Source: Candidatus Aldehydirespiratoraceae bacterium (lineage in GTDB: Bacteria; Actinomycetota; Acidimicrobiia; Acidimicrobiales; Aldehydirespiratoraceae). From it: a DNA stretch of 64,000 nt. Of this stretch, positions 27,968 to 36,824 are shown piece by piece (positions within the stretch are counted from its first letter, which is position 1; every line of letters starts with the position of its first letter). Both the position numbers and the translations under genes were made by a program. The notes below the pieces were generated by a model that did not search any database, had not been told where the DNA came from, and saw only the letters and a program-made list of their open reading frames with translations. Where the stretch lies: NCBI GenBank assembly GCA_965205465.1, contig OZ242187.1, positions 2,078,890-2,142,889 of the forward strand. Direction: 5' to 3'.

Positions 27968-28921
27968 TCAGTCGGTGATGCGGAAGTTGCTGATTTGGAT
28001 GTCGTCAACGCCGTAGTCCGCGAAGTTGTCGTCGGCCCGTCCCTTGATGAACTCGCGCCAACTGAACCGGCGGTAGTGAGGTTGGCTGGTAAGCAACACA
28101 TCGATCGGCGCGATCACGCAATCACGGGGAGGGTTCGAAAAGAACGGGATGCTGTAGCGGGATCTCTCGGTCATGGGAACGACCCGATGAACCGCCGCCT
28201 TGTAACGGTCATTGGTCCACACCTGCATGGTGTCGGCGAGGTTCACCACAATGGTCCCCGGCCGGGGCTCGATATCGATCCAGCCGTGCTTGACCGATTC
28301 TGCTTGGAGTCCACCAGTGTCGTCTTGCAGCAACAGGGTGAGCACTCCAGGGTCCGTGTGATAGCCGAGAGCAGTTTCGCCAAGCGGGTTCAAGCCTTCG
28401 CGCTCTGGCTGCGGAACAGGATCCCCGACCGGGTAGTAGTTGAGACGCACCGTGCTGGTGGAACGCATGCTCGTGTGGCTCTGCGCCACCTCTTGGGGCA
28501 GACCCAAAGTGTGATGCAGCAATTCGAGCGTCCTCGACGCGAGCGCAGCGAAGGCATCGAAGAATTGCTCCATCGTCTCGCGGAAACCGTCGACTCCTTG
28601 TGGCCAACAGTTCGGGTTGTGCTCGGGGGGAATCTCAGGATCGATGAAGTCGAACACCTCCTTGTGGTCCCGTTTGCGTTTAGTGAGTTCACGGTCAAAC
28701 CAACCGAGCATCGAGTCGGGATTCCGGCGAATCGACTCCTTCACTTCTGGTGGTGAATCAAAGAACTGGCGTGTCGCACGCCAGGCTTGGTCGATCAGGT
28801 CGTCGAGGCCGTGGCCTTCGAGGAGAAAGAAGCCATGATCGGCGCAAGCAGCGTCCAGTGCGCTGAGCGACGCCGCTGACGGCTCAGCAATGTCAATAGT
28901 CGGAACCAGATCCATCTGCAA
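27968..28921 (-). CDS. 2-oxoglutarate/Fe(II)-dependent oxygenase (isopenicillin N synthase-like)
   Basis: 317 aa. N-terminus PTIDIAEP...HGFFLLEGHG, core YHTDPGVLTLLLQD...AAVHRV (HxD...H). Confidence 0.85.
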   Translation of the reverse strand: MQMDLVPTIDIAEPSAASLSALDAACADHGFFLLEGHGLDDLIDQAWRATRQFFDSPPEVKESIRRNPDSMLGWFDRELTKRKRDHKEVFDFIDPEIPPEHNPNCWPQGVDGFRETMEQFFDAFAALASRTLELLHHTLGLPQEVAQSHTSMRSTSTVRLNYYPVGDPVPQPEREGLNPLGETALGYHTDPGVLTLLLQDDTGGLQAESVKHGWIDIEPRPGTIVVNLADTMQVWTNDRYKAAVHRVVPMTERSRYSIPFFSNPPRDCVIAPIDVLLTSQPHYRRFSWREFIKGRADDNFADYGVDDIQISNFRITD

Positions 28922-28935
28922 TGAAGCTAGCCAAA

Positions 28936-30171
28936 TTATTCGAGAGCAGGATCTTCGCAGAAACTGGGAGCGCGCTGTGGGTTGAATATGCGGGGGCGTT
29001 GGATGAATCCTGTGCCCGGGCGTTCGGTATGGAGGTAGGCGTCGATGGCGTCGGCGGTGGCAGTGGCGGCTACCTGGATGTATTCATCGGTGGTGAACAA
29101 CTCCGCTTCTGGGAGGTTGGAAATGTAGCCGTACTCGATCAAGGCAGTAGGGACAGCCGGATGGACGATCATGCCATAGGCGTCGCGGCCGCTCGACGAC
29201 AGGACCCGCAGCACGCCTGCACTGGACGACCGGCTCCATGGGATGCCTTCGAAGGCAGCGAGCGCAGCGGTGACCTCTTCGTACAACAGCCCACCGAGCC
29301 GAGCGGAGTCGGCACGAGCCAGGTCACGTGAAGCAGATTGTATGAACACCTCGCTACCAGGGGTGCTGCTCGTCGCCCAAGTGGGTGCGTTGTGGTGGAT
29401 CGAAACCAGTGCTTCGGCTCCCAGATCGTCGGCGAGGAGGGCGCGAACCGACAGCAACGTCCCATAGCCGCCGGTGCGGGTGCTGACAGCGGAGATTCCG
29501 CGTCGGGCTAGTTCGTCGAGGACGGCGCGGGCGAGAGTGAGGTTCAGGTCGCGTTCTACCAGACCATTGGGTCCTACCGCGCCTGTATCCACGGGTCCGC
29601 CGTGGCCTGGATCGATCACTACCCGGACATCGTTGATCAACACACCCTTGGAAACTTCGGCGGGGTTTCCACAGGGCGTCCTCACCAAGAAGCCCGAAGC
29701 AGTACGTCCGAGAACGGCGACCGGGATACCCAGCGGCGTCACCAAACCGTCCGGAAGATCGCCTTGGGGAATCTGGTGGGCTGGGACCGTGACTATGGGT
29801 TGCGGCACGGTGGTTTGGGGTGGGGCGGTGGTTTGGGGTGCTGTTGTTGTGGTGGTTTGGGCTGTTGTTGTTTGGGGCGTGACGGTGGTTTCGGGTGCCG
29901 CGGTGCTGGTCTGGGGGGTGGCTGTGTCGGCTTCTGTGGTTGTTGTGGTGGTTTGGGCTGTGGTTGTGGTGGTGGTTTGGGCTGTGGTGGTTTCGGGTCG
30001 TTTTGTGGTGGTGGTATCGCGACCGACGGTGGTTTCGGGTGCGGTGGTGGTTGGTGCTGTCGTTGTGGAGGTGCCGTGAGCGAGTTCGTCGTTGTCGCCT
30101 TCAGAAGCGCAGGCAACCGCGGAAAGGGTGGCTATGGCTATGAGGAACAGGACTCGACAGCGAACTCTCAT
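28936..30171 (-). CDS. N-acetylmuramoyl-L-alanine amidase (Amidase_3) lipoprotein with Thr/Pro/Gln-rich linker
   Basis: The internal ATG 30171 gives MRVRCRVLFLIAIATLSAVAC (lipobox). A TTAQTTTTT repeat linker is followed by VVIDPGHGGPVDTGAVG and SIHHNA amidase motifs. Confidence 0.8.
   Translation of the reverse strand: MRVRCRVLFLIAIATLSAVACASEGDNDELAHGTSTTTAPTTTAPETTVGRDTTTTKRPETTTAQTTTTTTAQTTTTTTEADTATPQTSTAAPETTVTPQTTTAQTTTTTAPQTTAPPQTTVPQPIVTVPAHQIPQGDLPDGLVTPLGIPVAVLGRTASGFLVRTPCGNPAEVSKGVLINDVRVVIDPGHGGPVDTGAVGPNGLVERDLNLTLARAVLDELARRGISAVSTRTGGYGTLLSVRALLADDLGAEALVSIHHNAPTWATSSTPGSEVFIQSASRDLARADSARLGGLLYEEVTAALAAFEGIPWSRSSSAGVLRVLSSSGRDAYGMIVHPAVPTALIEYGYISNLPEAELFTTDEYIQVAATATADAIDAYLHTERPGTGFIQRPRIFNPQRAPSFCEDPALE
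29790..30090. repeat. Degenerate tandem coding repeats (Thr-rich linker of the amidase)
   Basis: Reiterated GGTGGTTTGGGCTGTGGTTGT-like units on the + strand, encoding TTAQTTTTT/PQTTAP on the - strand. Confidence 0.7.
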
Positions 30172-30298
30172 CGGGTTACATCGGTTACGCCGGGAGTCGG
30201 TCACCCGACACCGCGTTGGAAGCCAGCGATCATCGACCCGTGATCCTACCGTTGATGAAGCCGCCGGCCCGCGGGGTGCCGGCAAGCTGAGGCCCTGC

Positions 30299-31495
30299 TC
30301 AGAATCCGACGAGACGTTGGGCGTAGTACTGCCGACGACGCAGGATCTCTGAGCGCTCCTCGGGAGTGACCCGCCGAGTCGACTTCGGTACGTGCTTGTC
30401 GATGTCGTCGAAGGGCACCAGGCGCATCTCCGGCTCAGGCCAGGCATCGGTGAGCAGCCAACGCCCGTTGAGCGGTCCCCATGTGTATCCGGCGGTGTCG
30501 AGCCAGTTGTAGACCCCGGGGTCCCGGTGGGAGATGACGCAGCGGAAGACGCCGTCGTCGTCCACCTCGGCTTGGTGCCCGTTGAGCGATGTTTGACGTC
30601 GCCACCAATCAAGCGACTCCCAGAACCAGCTGGCGACCTGGAACCCCCAGTAGTGGCAGTCGGGCGGGGCGACTTCGAGGATCACTGCCTCGTCGGGTTG
30701 GCACTGGAAGTTGCCCATGCCGTACGACAAGCCTCGGTGCCCTCCCCACTCGCTCAATCCGGGATCGAGGAACGGAGACGAGTTCGGTTTGGTGTCGAGG
30801 CACCAGTGCGCCATGTCGTCCATGAACCTGGCCCCGTGCTCAATCCAGCGCATCAGCAGTTCGTACTTCTCGATTGTCCGTTCGGGTGGCTCGGGCGGGG
30901 GAGGATACGTCGCCCCAACCCGCTCGATCGTCAGGTCGGCAGGAACTTCGGTCTCCCAGTCGTAGAAGAACTGGCGAATGCACAGCGACTGCGTGCCCGG
31001 TTGGCTCTGGAGCCAGTTGCCCTCGTGAGGCTGAGGGCTGACGATGATCTCGACCGAACCGTCGTCGGCAACCTCGAGTTGCTCGAAGTTGATGTTGGCG
31101 ATGACCCGGTGGTTGGGTTGTTCGCAGAAGTGCGGAGCGTGGACTTGCACGTCGAACTGGTGGGCAGTTCCGCGCCGTCCATAGATCCGGTACGTGTCGG
31201 TGTCGTTGACTGCGGCGAACTCGTAGTTCCCGTCGGGGTTGTCGATCCCCCATGACCAGGCTTGATCGGCCCAACGTTCGAACCAGGGGTACTCGGGGTC
31301 GTTGTTCTCCACCGCGAGGATCGCGCCGGCGGTCAGGTAGCGGGTCAGGTATTTGATGCCGTGGGCCCGCATGAGGGAACCCGCAGCAGGACCCCGATCG
31401 CCGTAGACGATGTCTGCCATCTTCGCCCAGGTGTCAAGCACACGCTGGAAGAGCCGACTGTCCATGAGCTCGTTGATCGCCGGTGACTGGTTCAT
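30299..31495 (-). CDS. Conserved hypothetical protein (possibly DUF1214-like)
   Basis: 398-aa ORF with strong coding bias, Trp-rich, no signal peptide. The family call is tentative. Confidence 0.6.
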   Translation of the reverse strand: MNQSPAINELMDSRLFQRVLDTWAKMADIVYGDRGPAAGSLMRAHGIKYLTRYLTAGAILAVENNDPEYPWFERWADQAWSWGIDNPDGNYEFAAVNDTDTYRIYGRRGTAHQFDVQVHAPHFCEQPNHRVIANINFEQLEVADDGSVEIIVSPQPHEGNWLQSQPGTQSLCIRQFFYDWETEVPADLTIERVGATYPPPPEPPERTIEKYELLMRWIEHGARFMDDMAHWCLDTKPNSSPFLDPGLSEWGGHRGLSYGMGNFQCQPDEAVILEVAPPDCHYWGFQVASWFWESLDWWRRQTSLNGHQAEVDDDGVFRCVISHRDPGVYNWLDTAGYTWGPLNGRWLLTDAWPEPEMRLVPFDDIDKHVPKSTRRVTPEERSEILRRRQYYAQRLVGF

Positions 31496-31567
31496 GGGCC
31501 CTCGTTCTCCTAGATCCGCATATCAGCGGACACGCTAACTTGACGCGTCTATCAGCGCCTCAGGACA

Positions 31568-32725
31568 CTAGAGGAACTCGCCTTGCCAGAGTTCTCGGAC
31601 GAAGTCCGTGGCTCCGATCAAATCGATGTTGTCGCTGGTACGACGCGGCTTCGGTTCGAGGCAGACCACGACCCGGCGACTGACACTGGGATGTTCCTCG
31701 GCGAGGGTGCGGAGGCCCTTGAGGTGGCTGTTGGTGACTCTGGCGGTCGCTTTCGCCTCGATCGCGAGCCGCATGTCGCCCACAACGAAGTCGACCTCGA
31801 TCCCGCTCGGGAGTCGCCAATAGGTCAGTTGCTCGTCGCGTTCTCGGTATGCGAGGAACGCCGAGAGCTCGTGGAACAACCAGTTCTCGAACGCCTTTCC
31901 GTAGGAGTCGGAGCCTCGGTGCAGGTCACCGCGCCGCGCCAGACGGTTTACGACTCCCACATCCTCGAAATAGAGTTTGGGCGCGCCAGCCAAGCGGCGC
32001 TTGGCCCGGCGCCGCCAGCGGGGCAACCAACGAGCTAGCAGCGTGTCCTCGAGGATGCCAAAGTACGATTTGACGGTAGGACCCGACACGCCGCACTCGC
32101 GGGCAACGTTCGAATAGTTGACGGAACTGGTGTCGCTCAGTGCGGCCGCGTCGAGAAAGTCTGAGAAGGCGGGCAGGTTCCGCACCAGTCCCTCGGCGGC
32201 GACCTCCTCACGCAGATAGTCGGAGATGTAAGCCTCAAGCCTGCGGCTGTGCCTGTTCGACTCGTAGATCGAGGGTAGGTAGCCGTGGTTGAGAATTCGG
32301 TCGAGGTCGAAGGACTCCCCGAGTTCACCAGCGGTCAGGCCGCGCAGTTCGTAGCGCAGGGCGCGCCCGCCCAGCAGGTTCGCGGCGCCGCGTCGTACCT
32401 TGCGCGCGCTCGAACCACACAACGCGAACCGCAGCCCACGGTTCTCGATCAGCCAGTGGACCTCGTCGAGCAGGGCGGGAACCTTCTGGATCTCGTCGAC
32501 GACCACCTGGCGCGATGGATCGGGTCCCGCCGCCTCCAACTCCTCGCGCAACTGCTCGGGCCGGCTGATGTAGCGACGGAACTCGTCCGCCTTGAGCAGA
32601 TCAACCCATACGGCGTCGGGGTACCGTTGTCTGAGCAGGGTGCTCTTGCCCGCTTGCCGCGGTCCCCAAAGGAAGAAAGTCTCGACCCCAGACTCAGGCA
32701 GTGACAGCAACCGTTGAAACATCAA
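31568..32725 (-). CDS. AAA+ ATPase, COG1373 / AAA_14 + DUF4143 family
   Basis: 385 aa. Walker A GPRQAGKST, Walker B VVVDEIQ, and a C-terminal DUF4143-like region with ...EVDFVV... Confidence 0.85.
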   Translation of the reverse strand: MMFQRLLSLPESGVETFFLWGPRQAGKSTLLRQRYPDAVWVDLLKADEFRRYISRPEQLREELEAAGPDPSRQVVVDEIQKVPALLDEVHWLIENRGLRFALCGSSARKVRRGAANLLGGRALRYELRGLTAGELGESFDLDRILNHGYLPSIYESNRHSRRLEAYISDYLREEVAAEGLVRNLPAFSDFLDAAALSDTSSVNYSNVARECGVSGPTVKSYFGILEDTLLARWLPRWRRRAKRRLAGAPKLYFEDVGVVNRLARRGDLHRGSDSYGKAFENWLFHELSAFLAYRERDEQLTYWRLPSGIEVDFVVGDMRLAIEAKATARVTNSHLKGLRTLAEEHPSVSRRVVVCLEPKPRRTSDNIDLIGATDFVRELWQGEFL

Positions 32726-32863
32726 CTTTAGATTATCATGACAATCGAAAGTTTCACTTCACTTTTTCGGCTTGGCGTGGTCCAGTGCCGTTGGGCCGTT
32801 GTCTTGATCGTGCCCAGTCAGCGGCCCAATTGCAGACTCCCATCGGCCAAGGCGGTTCTGCAT

Positions 32864-32926
32864 GTGTCTTCTAGGGACTCGGCCCGCTACACAGACTCTG
32901 TCTCGCGGGCGGCCAGCGAGGCGAAG
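32864..32926. repeat. About 63-bp dispersed repeat, copy 1
   Basis: GTGTCTTCTAGGGACTCGGCCCGCTACACAGACTCTGTCTCGCGGGCGGCCAGCGAGGCGAAG. Roughly 85% identical to 36281-36343, same orientation. Confidence 0.75.
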
Positions 32927-33044
32927 CTGAGAGCGATCAGTCGCTGGGCCCGTTTGTCGGTGTCCTGCTTGCAGCCGGTGCGGCGCTCCTGAGCCAGCCG
33001 CCAGGCCAGGATCAGCGCGGCCGACTCGCGGGTGGGTGCCTTAG

Positions 33045-34214
33045 CTATCGGCGGCGATCGCGTCTGTTGATGGCGGCTGAGGTCATCGCGTCTGAGAATT
33101 GGTAGAGCAACGCGCCGACGACGGTGAGCATGATCACGTAGGTGGCTGAGAGCGCGCCGAGGTCGCTCTCGCGGCTGATTCCGAGTTCGGCGATGACGAT
33201 TGAGAACTCCCCGTGCGCCACAAGGGCGGCACCGGTCCGCAGTCGCCCGGGTGTGCCGATGCCGGCGCGGCCGGCCGCGATCCAGCCAGTGGCGATCTTG
33301 GCTGCAACGGAGACCACGGCGATGGCGGCCGCTACAGCGGCGACGCCCGGGATGAGGCCAGTGTCCACTTGCAGGCCGAAGAATACGAAGAACACTGCGG
33401 CGAAGAGGTTTCGCAGCGGCAGCAGCAGCCCCCGGGCATGGGAGACGATGTCGCCAGACAGCGCGACGCCCACGACGAAGGCGCCGACCGCGGTAGAGAG
33501 GTTGAGGCGTCCCGCGATGCCAGCGCCGAGCAGGGTGACGCCGAGCAGGGTCAACAACAGCGCTTCGCTGGACTGACTCAAGGCGATGGCGCTGAGCCGG
33601 TCGCCGAGCGCGTAGGCGATAGCGAGGACTGCCAACACCGCGGCCAGCGAGACGGCGACCGTCACGACGGTGCTCGTCACCGAACCGCCGAACAGCACGC
33701 CCGACACGATCGGCAGGTACAGCACCATGGCGAGGTCCTCGATGACCAGCACGCTGAGTACGACCGGGGTCTCGTGGTTGCCGATCCGGTCGAGGTCGGC
33801 GACCAGCTTCGCCACGATACCCGACGACGAGATGTAGGTGATGCCGCCCAACAGCACGGCCACGATCGGATCGAACCCGAGTAGCAGACCAGCGGCCAAT
33901 CCCGGCGCGAAGTTGAGGGCCAGGTCTGTGAACCCGGCCAATGTGGATCGGCGCACGTTGACGACCAGTTCGTGTGGCGAGAACTCGAGTCCCAGCATCA
34001 GCAGCATCAAGATCACGCCGATCTCCGCGCCGACCTCGATGAAGTCCGCCGATGCCGGCAACTCCACCAGGCCGCCGTCGCCGAGAGCAAGCCCCGCCAG
34101 CAGGTACAACGGGAGCGCGGGCAGCCCAGCCCTGCGCGCCACACGGGCGATGACGGCCAAGCCCAGGACCACCGCCCCCAGTTCGATCAACAGGAGATCG
34201 CCGCCCGTGTGCAT
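33045..34214 (-). CDS. Cation:proton antiporter (CPA2 / Kef-type)
   Basis: 389 aa, about 11-12 TM helices, N-terminus LLLIELGAVVLGLAVIARVARR... typical of Na_H_Exchanger family proteins. Confidence 0.9.
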   Translation of the reverse strand: MHTGGDLLLIELGAVVLGLAVIARVARRAGLPALPLYLLAGLALGDGGLVELPASADFIEVGAEIGVILMLLMLGLEFSPHELVVNVRRSTLAGFTDLALNFAPGLAAGLLLGFDPIVAVLLGGITYISSSGIVAKLVADLDRIGNHETPVVLSVLVIEDLAMVLYLPIVSGVLFGGSVTSTVVTVAVSLAAVLAVLAIAYALGDRLSAIALSQSSEALLLTLLGVTLLGAGIAGRLNLSTAVGAFVVGVALSGDIVSHARGLLLPLRNLFAAVFFVFFGLQVDTGLIPGVAAVAAAIAVVSVAAKIATGWIAAGRAGIGTPGRLRTGAALVAHGEFSIVIAELGISRESDLGALSATYVIMLTVVGALLYQFSDAMTSAAINRRDRRR

Positions 34215-34220
34215 GCTGGC

Positions 34221-34709
34221 TTAGCCGGATGGAGCGAGAAGCCTGGTGGCGGCCTTGACGGAAGACGGCACCCCTACCAACACTGCCGTGTCACCGGGTT
34301 CGAGACGGTCAGTTCCCCCCGGTATGGGAATCGAGCCCGAGTCGGTGACCAGCGCCACGATGCCGGCACCCGTGCGTTTGCGCAGCGCAGCCTCCGTCAG
34401 GGTCAGCCCGGCCAGAGACGACTTCTCGTCGATTTTGATCCACGAGATCACCAGGTCCTCCAGCCGGTGCACGGCATCGTCGAGATGCTCCAACACCGGG
34501 CTGCCGCCCAAGAGTTCGCCGAGCGTGTGGCCCTCGTCCTCGCTGAGTTCCACACTCTCACAGGCCCGGTCGACGTCCTGCTCGTCATATACGACCAGAT
34601 CACGCCGGCCGGACTGATGCACGACCACACCCACACAACGACCAGCGTTCGTCTGCAGGTCAAAGCGAACCCCCACGCCGGGCAGATCCGCCTCTGTTAC
34701 CTTGCGCAT
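34221..34709 (-). CDS. Antiporter regulatory subunit with TrkA-C domain (KhtT-like)
   Basis: 162 aa, ADLPGVGVRFDL...GRRDLVVY N-terminal domain plus a TrkA_C-like C-terminus (LAGLTLTEAALRKRTGAGIVAL). It lies immediately upstream of the antiporter. Confidence 0.8.
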   Translation of the reverse strand: MRKVTEADLPGVGVRFDLQTNAGRCVGVVVHQSGRRDLVVYDEQDVDRACESVELSEDEGHTLGELLGGSPVLEHLDDAVHRLEDLVISWIKIDEKSSLAGLTLTEAALRKRTGAGIVALVTDSGSIPIPGGTDRLEPGDTAVLVGVPSSVKAATRLLAPSG

Positions 34710-35012
34710 TGCTCACTCCTCCCGACAGCCGTTGAACGATACCGCACCGTAGCACCGCCCGTGTCTGTCGGGTCCGAGCCAGCGCGGATCGGGTCTCGAC
34801 GTAAAGAAGACGCACGCTGACGGTCCGCGTTGCGTCATTCCAGAGTCGTTCGCGGGAACTGGAACTCGGCTCGTCGATGATCAGGGGAATGAACGCGGAC
34901 GTTCAGCGGGGGTGAATCACAGCCCTGCGGAAGCTATATCCAATAGAGAGTGGCCTCTATACCCCACTCAGCGTTTTGCTAGGTCGGTAGGGGTCTCGCG
35001 GTATCGCCGAGA

Positions 35013-36197
35013 TCAGCCGGAGATTCCCGGCAGGGGTTGTTGGGGGAGCGTTTTGTAGGGGTCGTCGTGAGTTCTCGGTGGACGGGCGGCTCGGATCTCT
35101 TGCCACAGGCTGCGCAGCTGTTCGGACCCGTGGTAGGTGCGACCACGTCCCGCGCCGCTTGGTTCGAGGACCCCGGCATCAACCATGGCTTTCAGATCCC
35201 GACTCGCGCTGATCTCGGAAATCGGGTCGCCATCGGTCGTCTCCACGATATGGGTGTAGATCGACCGGCGAAGTCGGCGGCCTCGGGCGGCATCGGCCAA
35301 CGCACCGGTCACCCGGTTCGGCAGGCTGTGGCGGTCGACGAACTGGGAGATGCTGTCGTAGAGGTGTTCGGTCTCGTGGATGCGCCTCTGCAATGTCCAC
35401 GCTTGTTGATAGTGGGCTCTGAGCATGAATCGAATCCACGGCCGTGCCGAGTTCTCCGGGTGCCAACTGCCTTGGCCCACTTCAGACAACACTGCGTAGT
35501 AGGCGTCGGTGTTACGACCCAAATACTCTTCCACCGACGAGAAGATTGGGGAGACGATGTCCTCTCTTGAGAGCACCATCGTCTGCAACGCACGGGCCAT
35601 GCGACCGTTTCCGTCTCGGAAAGGGTGGATCATGGCCAGATTCAGATGTGACATTGCAGCCTGGAACATGACGGGCACAGACTCGTTGTGGTCGAGAGAC
35701 TCGATGAGTCGGCCCATTAGCGGCTCGACCAACTCTGCGTCGGGCGCGTCGTAGACATGTTCCCCGTTCTCGTCGGCGACCCAGACCGGCCCCTGCCTGT
35801 ATCTCCCTGGTCGTGCCTTCAGATCGTGTTTCGTCATCATGAAATGGAGAGCTTTCAGGAGAGACTCATCTATTACGGTCTCGGTTTCGGCGAGCTGTAA
35901 CACATAGGTCAAAGCATCTTGATAGCCGGAAACGGCAGCTCTGGTCTCTGCAGTTGCGTCTACGGGCTTCTCTCCGTCGATGGTGTCGAGTACGTCATCG
36001 AGAGAGGCGCGATAACCCTCAATCCAGTTCGAGCCCCGGACTGCTCGCGCAAAGCTCATCCTCCGAAGGTTTCCGGTCCATCGTCGTGGTTTGTAGGAGA
36101 CGAAGCGGGCGAGTTCTAGGCGCAGCCGCTCGATCTCATTGATGACTAGGAGATCCGCATCGTTCGGATCTGGTGCGATGAAGATACCCAATGACAT
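35013..36197 (-). CDS. Fic-family protein (AMPylase-type core)
   Basis: 394 aa with the canonical HPFRDGNGRMAR motif, an N-terminal Fic_N-like region and a C-terminal wHTH-like tail. Confidence 0.9.
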   Translation of the reverse strand: MSLGIFIAPDPNDADLLVINEIERLRLELARFVSYKPRRWTGNLRRMSFARAVRGSNWIEGYRASLDDVLDTIDGEKPVDATAETRAAVSGYQDALTYVLQLAETETVIDESLLKALHFMMTKHDLKARPGRYRQGPVWVADENGEHVYDAPDAELVEPLMGRLIESLDHNESVPVMFQAAMSHLNLAMIHPFRDGNGRMARALQTMVLSREDIVSPIFSSVEEYLGRNTDAYYAVLSEVGQGSWHPENSARPWIRFMLRAHYQQAWTLQRRIHETEHLYDSISQFVDRHSLPNRVTGALADAARGRRLRRSIYTHIVETTDGDPISEISASRDLKAMVDAGVLEPSGAGRGRTYHGSEQLRSLWQEIRAARPPRTHDDPYKTLPQQPLPGISG

Positions 36198-36212
36198 GAA
36201 GTTAAATATATC

Positions 36213-36243
36213 ACACTATGATATAAAGAACATATCATAGTGT
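36213..36243. promoter_or_regulatory. Perfect 12-bp inverted repeat upstream of fic (candidate operator over a leaderless-type promoter)
   Basis: ACACTATGATAT-n7-ATATCATAGTGT. On the fic strand a TATATT -10-like hexamer ends 7 nt before the ATG. Confidence 0.45.
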
Positions 36244-36280
36244 CCCGGACGTGGGACATACCGGACATCAGGCGCAGCAG

Positions 36281-36343
36281 GTGTCTTCTAGGGATTCAGC
36301 CCGCCACACAGATACTGTCTCGTAGGCCGCCAGTGAGGCGATG
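36281..36343. repeat. About 63-bp dispersed repeat, copy 2
   Basis: GTGTCTTCTAGGGATTCAGCCCGCCACACAGATACTGTCTCGTAGGCCGCCAGTGAGGCGATG. Paralog of 32864-32926. Confidence 0.75.
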
Positions 36344-36425
36344 AACAGCCCGGCAAGCCTCAACCACCCGCTGCGGATCCTCAGATCACGCCTGATACAA
36401 CAAAATTCCTGATTGTTCCTTCGAG

Positions 36426-36454
36426 TTGACTTATGTTAACATACTATATAAACT
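36426..36454 (+). promoter_or_regulatory. Sigma-70-type promoter of the giant exported protein gene
   Basis: TTGACT (36426-36431), 17-bp spacer, TAAACT (36449-36454), in a markedly AT-rich stretch. GGAGG lies at 36499-36503 ahead of GTG 36510/ATG 36513. Confidence 0.5.
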
Positions 36455-36509
36455 AATTACAACATATGGTGCGTACTGGATGTGCGACGGACTCCGATGG
36501 AGGTTGGCT

Positions 36510-36824
36510 GTGATGATGGTAGTAGGCAAGCGAGGCCTGGCAGCGTTGCTGGGCGCGATGATGTTGGCGGCGTTGCTGGTTCCCGTCGGTTCGAGTGCGC
36601 AGGCTGCGAACGGGTCTGTTTCGGGTGTGGTGGCGAGTTCGGATGCGCCGGGCGTGCTTACGGTGACGTGGGATGAGGCGTCGCCGGCGCCGTCGGGTTA
36701 TCGGGTGAGCTGGGTGCCGGTGGGGGAGCCGTTCCGTTCGTGGAGTGATCTGTCCGGGAATGCGTACCCGTCGGCGGAGTCGCACACGGTGGGGGGCTGG
36801 TCGCGGGCGCAGAATACAAGGTGA
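36510..36824 (+). CDS. N-terminal piece (signal peptide + first FN3) of the giant exported protein, cut off by a frameshift
   Basis: VMMVVGKRGLAALLGAMMLAALLVPVGSSAQA signal peptide followed by an FN3 start. The frame ends ...SHTVGGWSRAQNTR* right after a G6 run (36791-36796). Confidence 0.75.
   Translation: MMMVVGKRGLAALLGAMMLAALLVPVGSSAQAANGSVSGVVASSDAPGVLTVTWDEASPAPSGYRVSWVPVGEPFRSWSDLSGNAYPSAESHTVGGWSRAQNTR

Noticed and set aside
29790-30090. Repetitive GGTGGTTTGGG-type array, considered as a CRISPR or non-coding VNTR.
   Set aside because: The units are degenerate, have no unique spacers, and translate on the minus strand into the Thr/Pro/Gln linker of the amidase lipoprotein.
30172-30298. 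Possible c-di-AMP (ydaO-type) riboswitch in the 5' leader of the cell-wall amidase gene.
   Set aside because: The genomic context is suggestive, but I could not find the conserved ydaO core elements (GGGGACCC-like and ACGGGGAGCC/CCCGAA-like segments). It is not supportable without a covariance-model scan.
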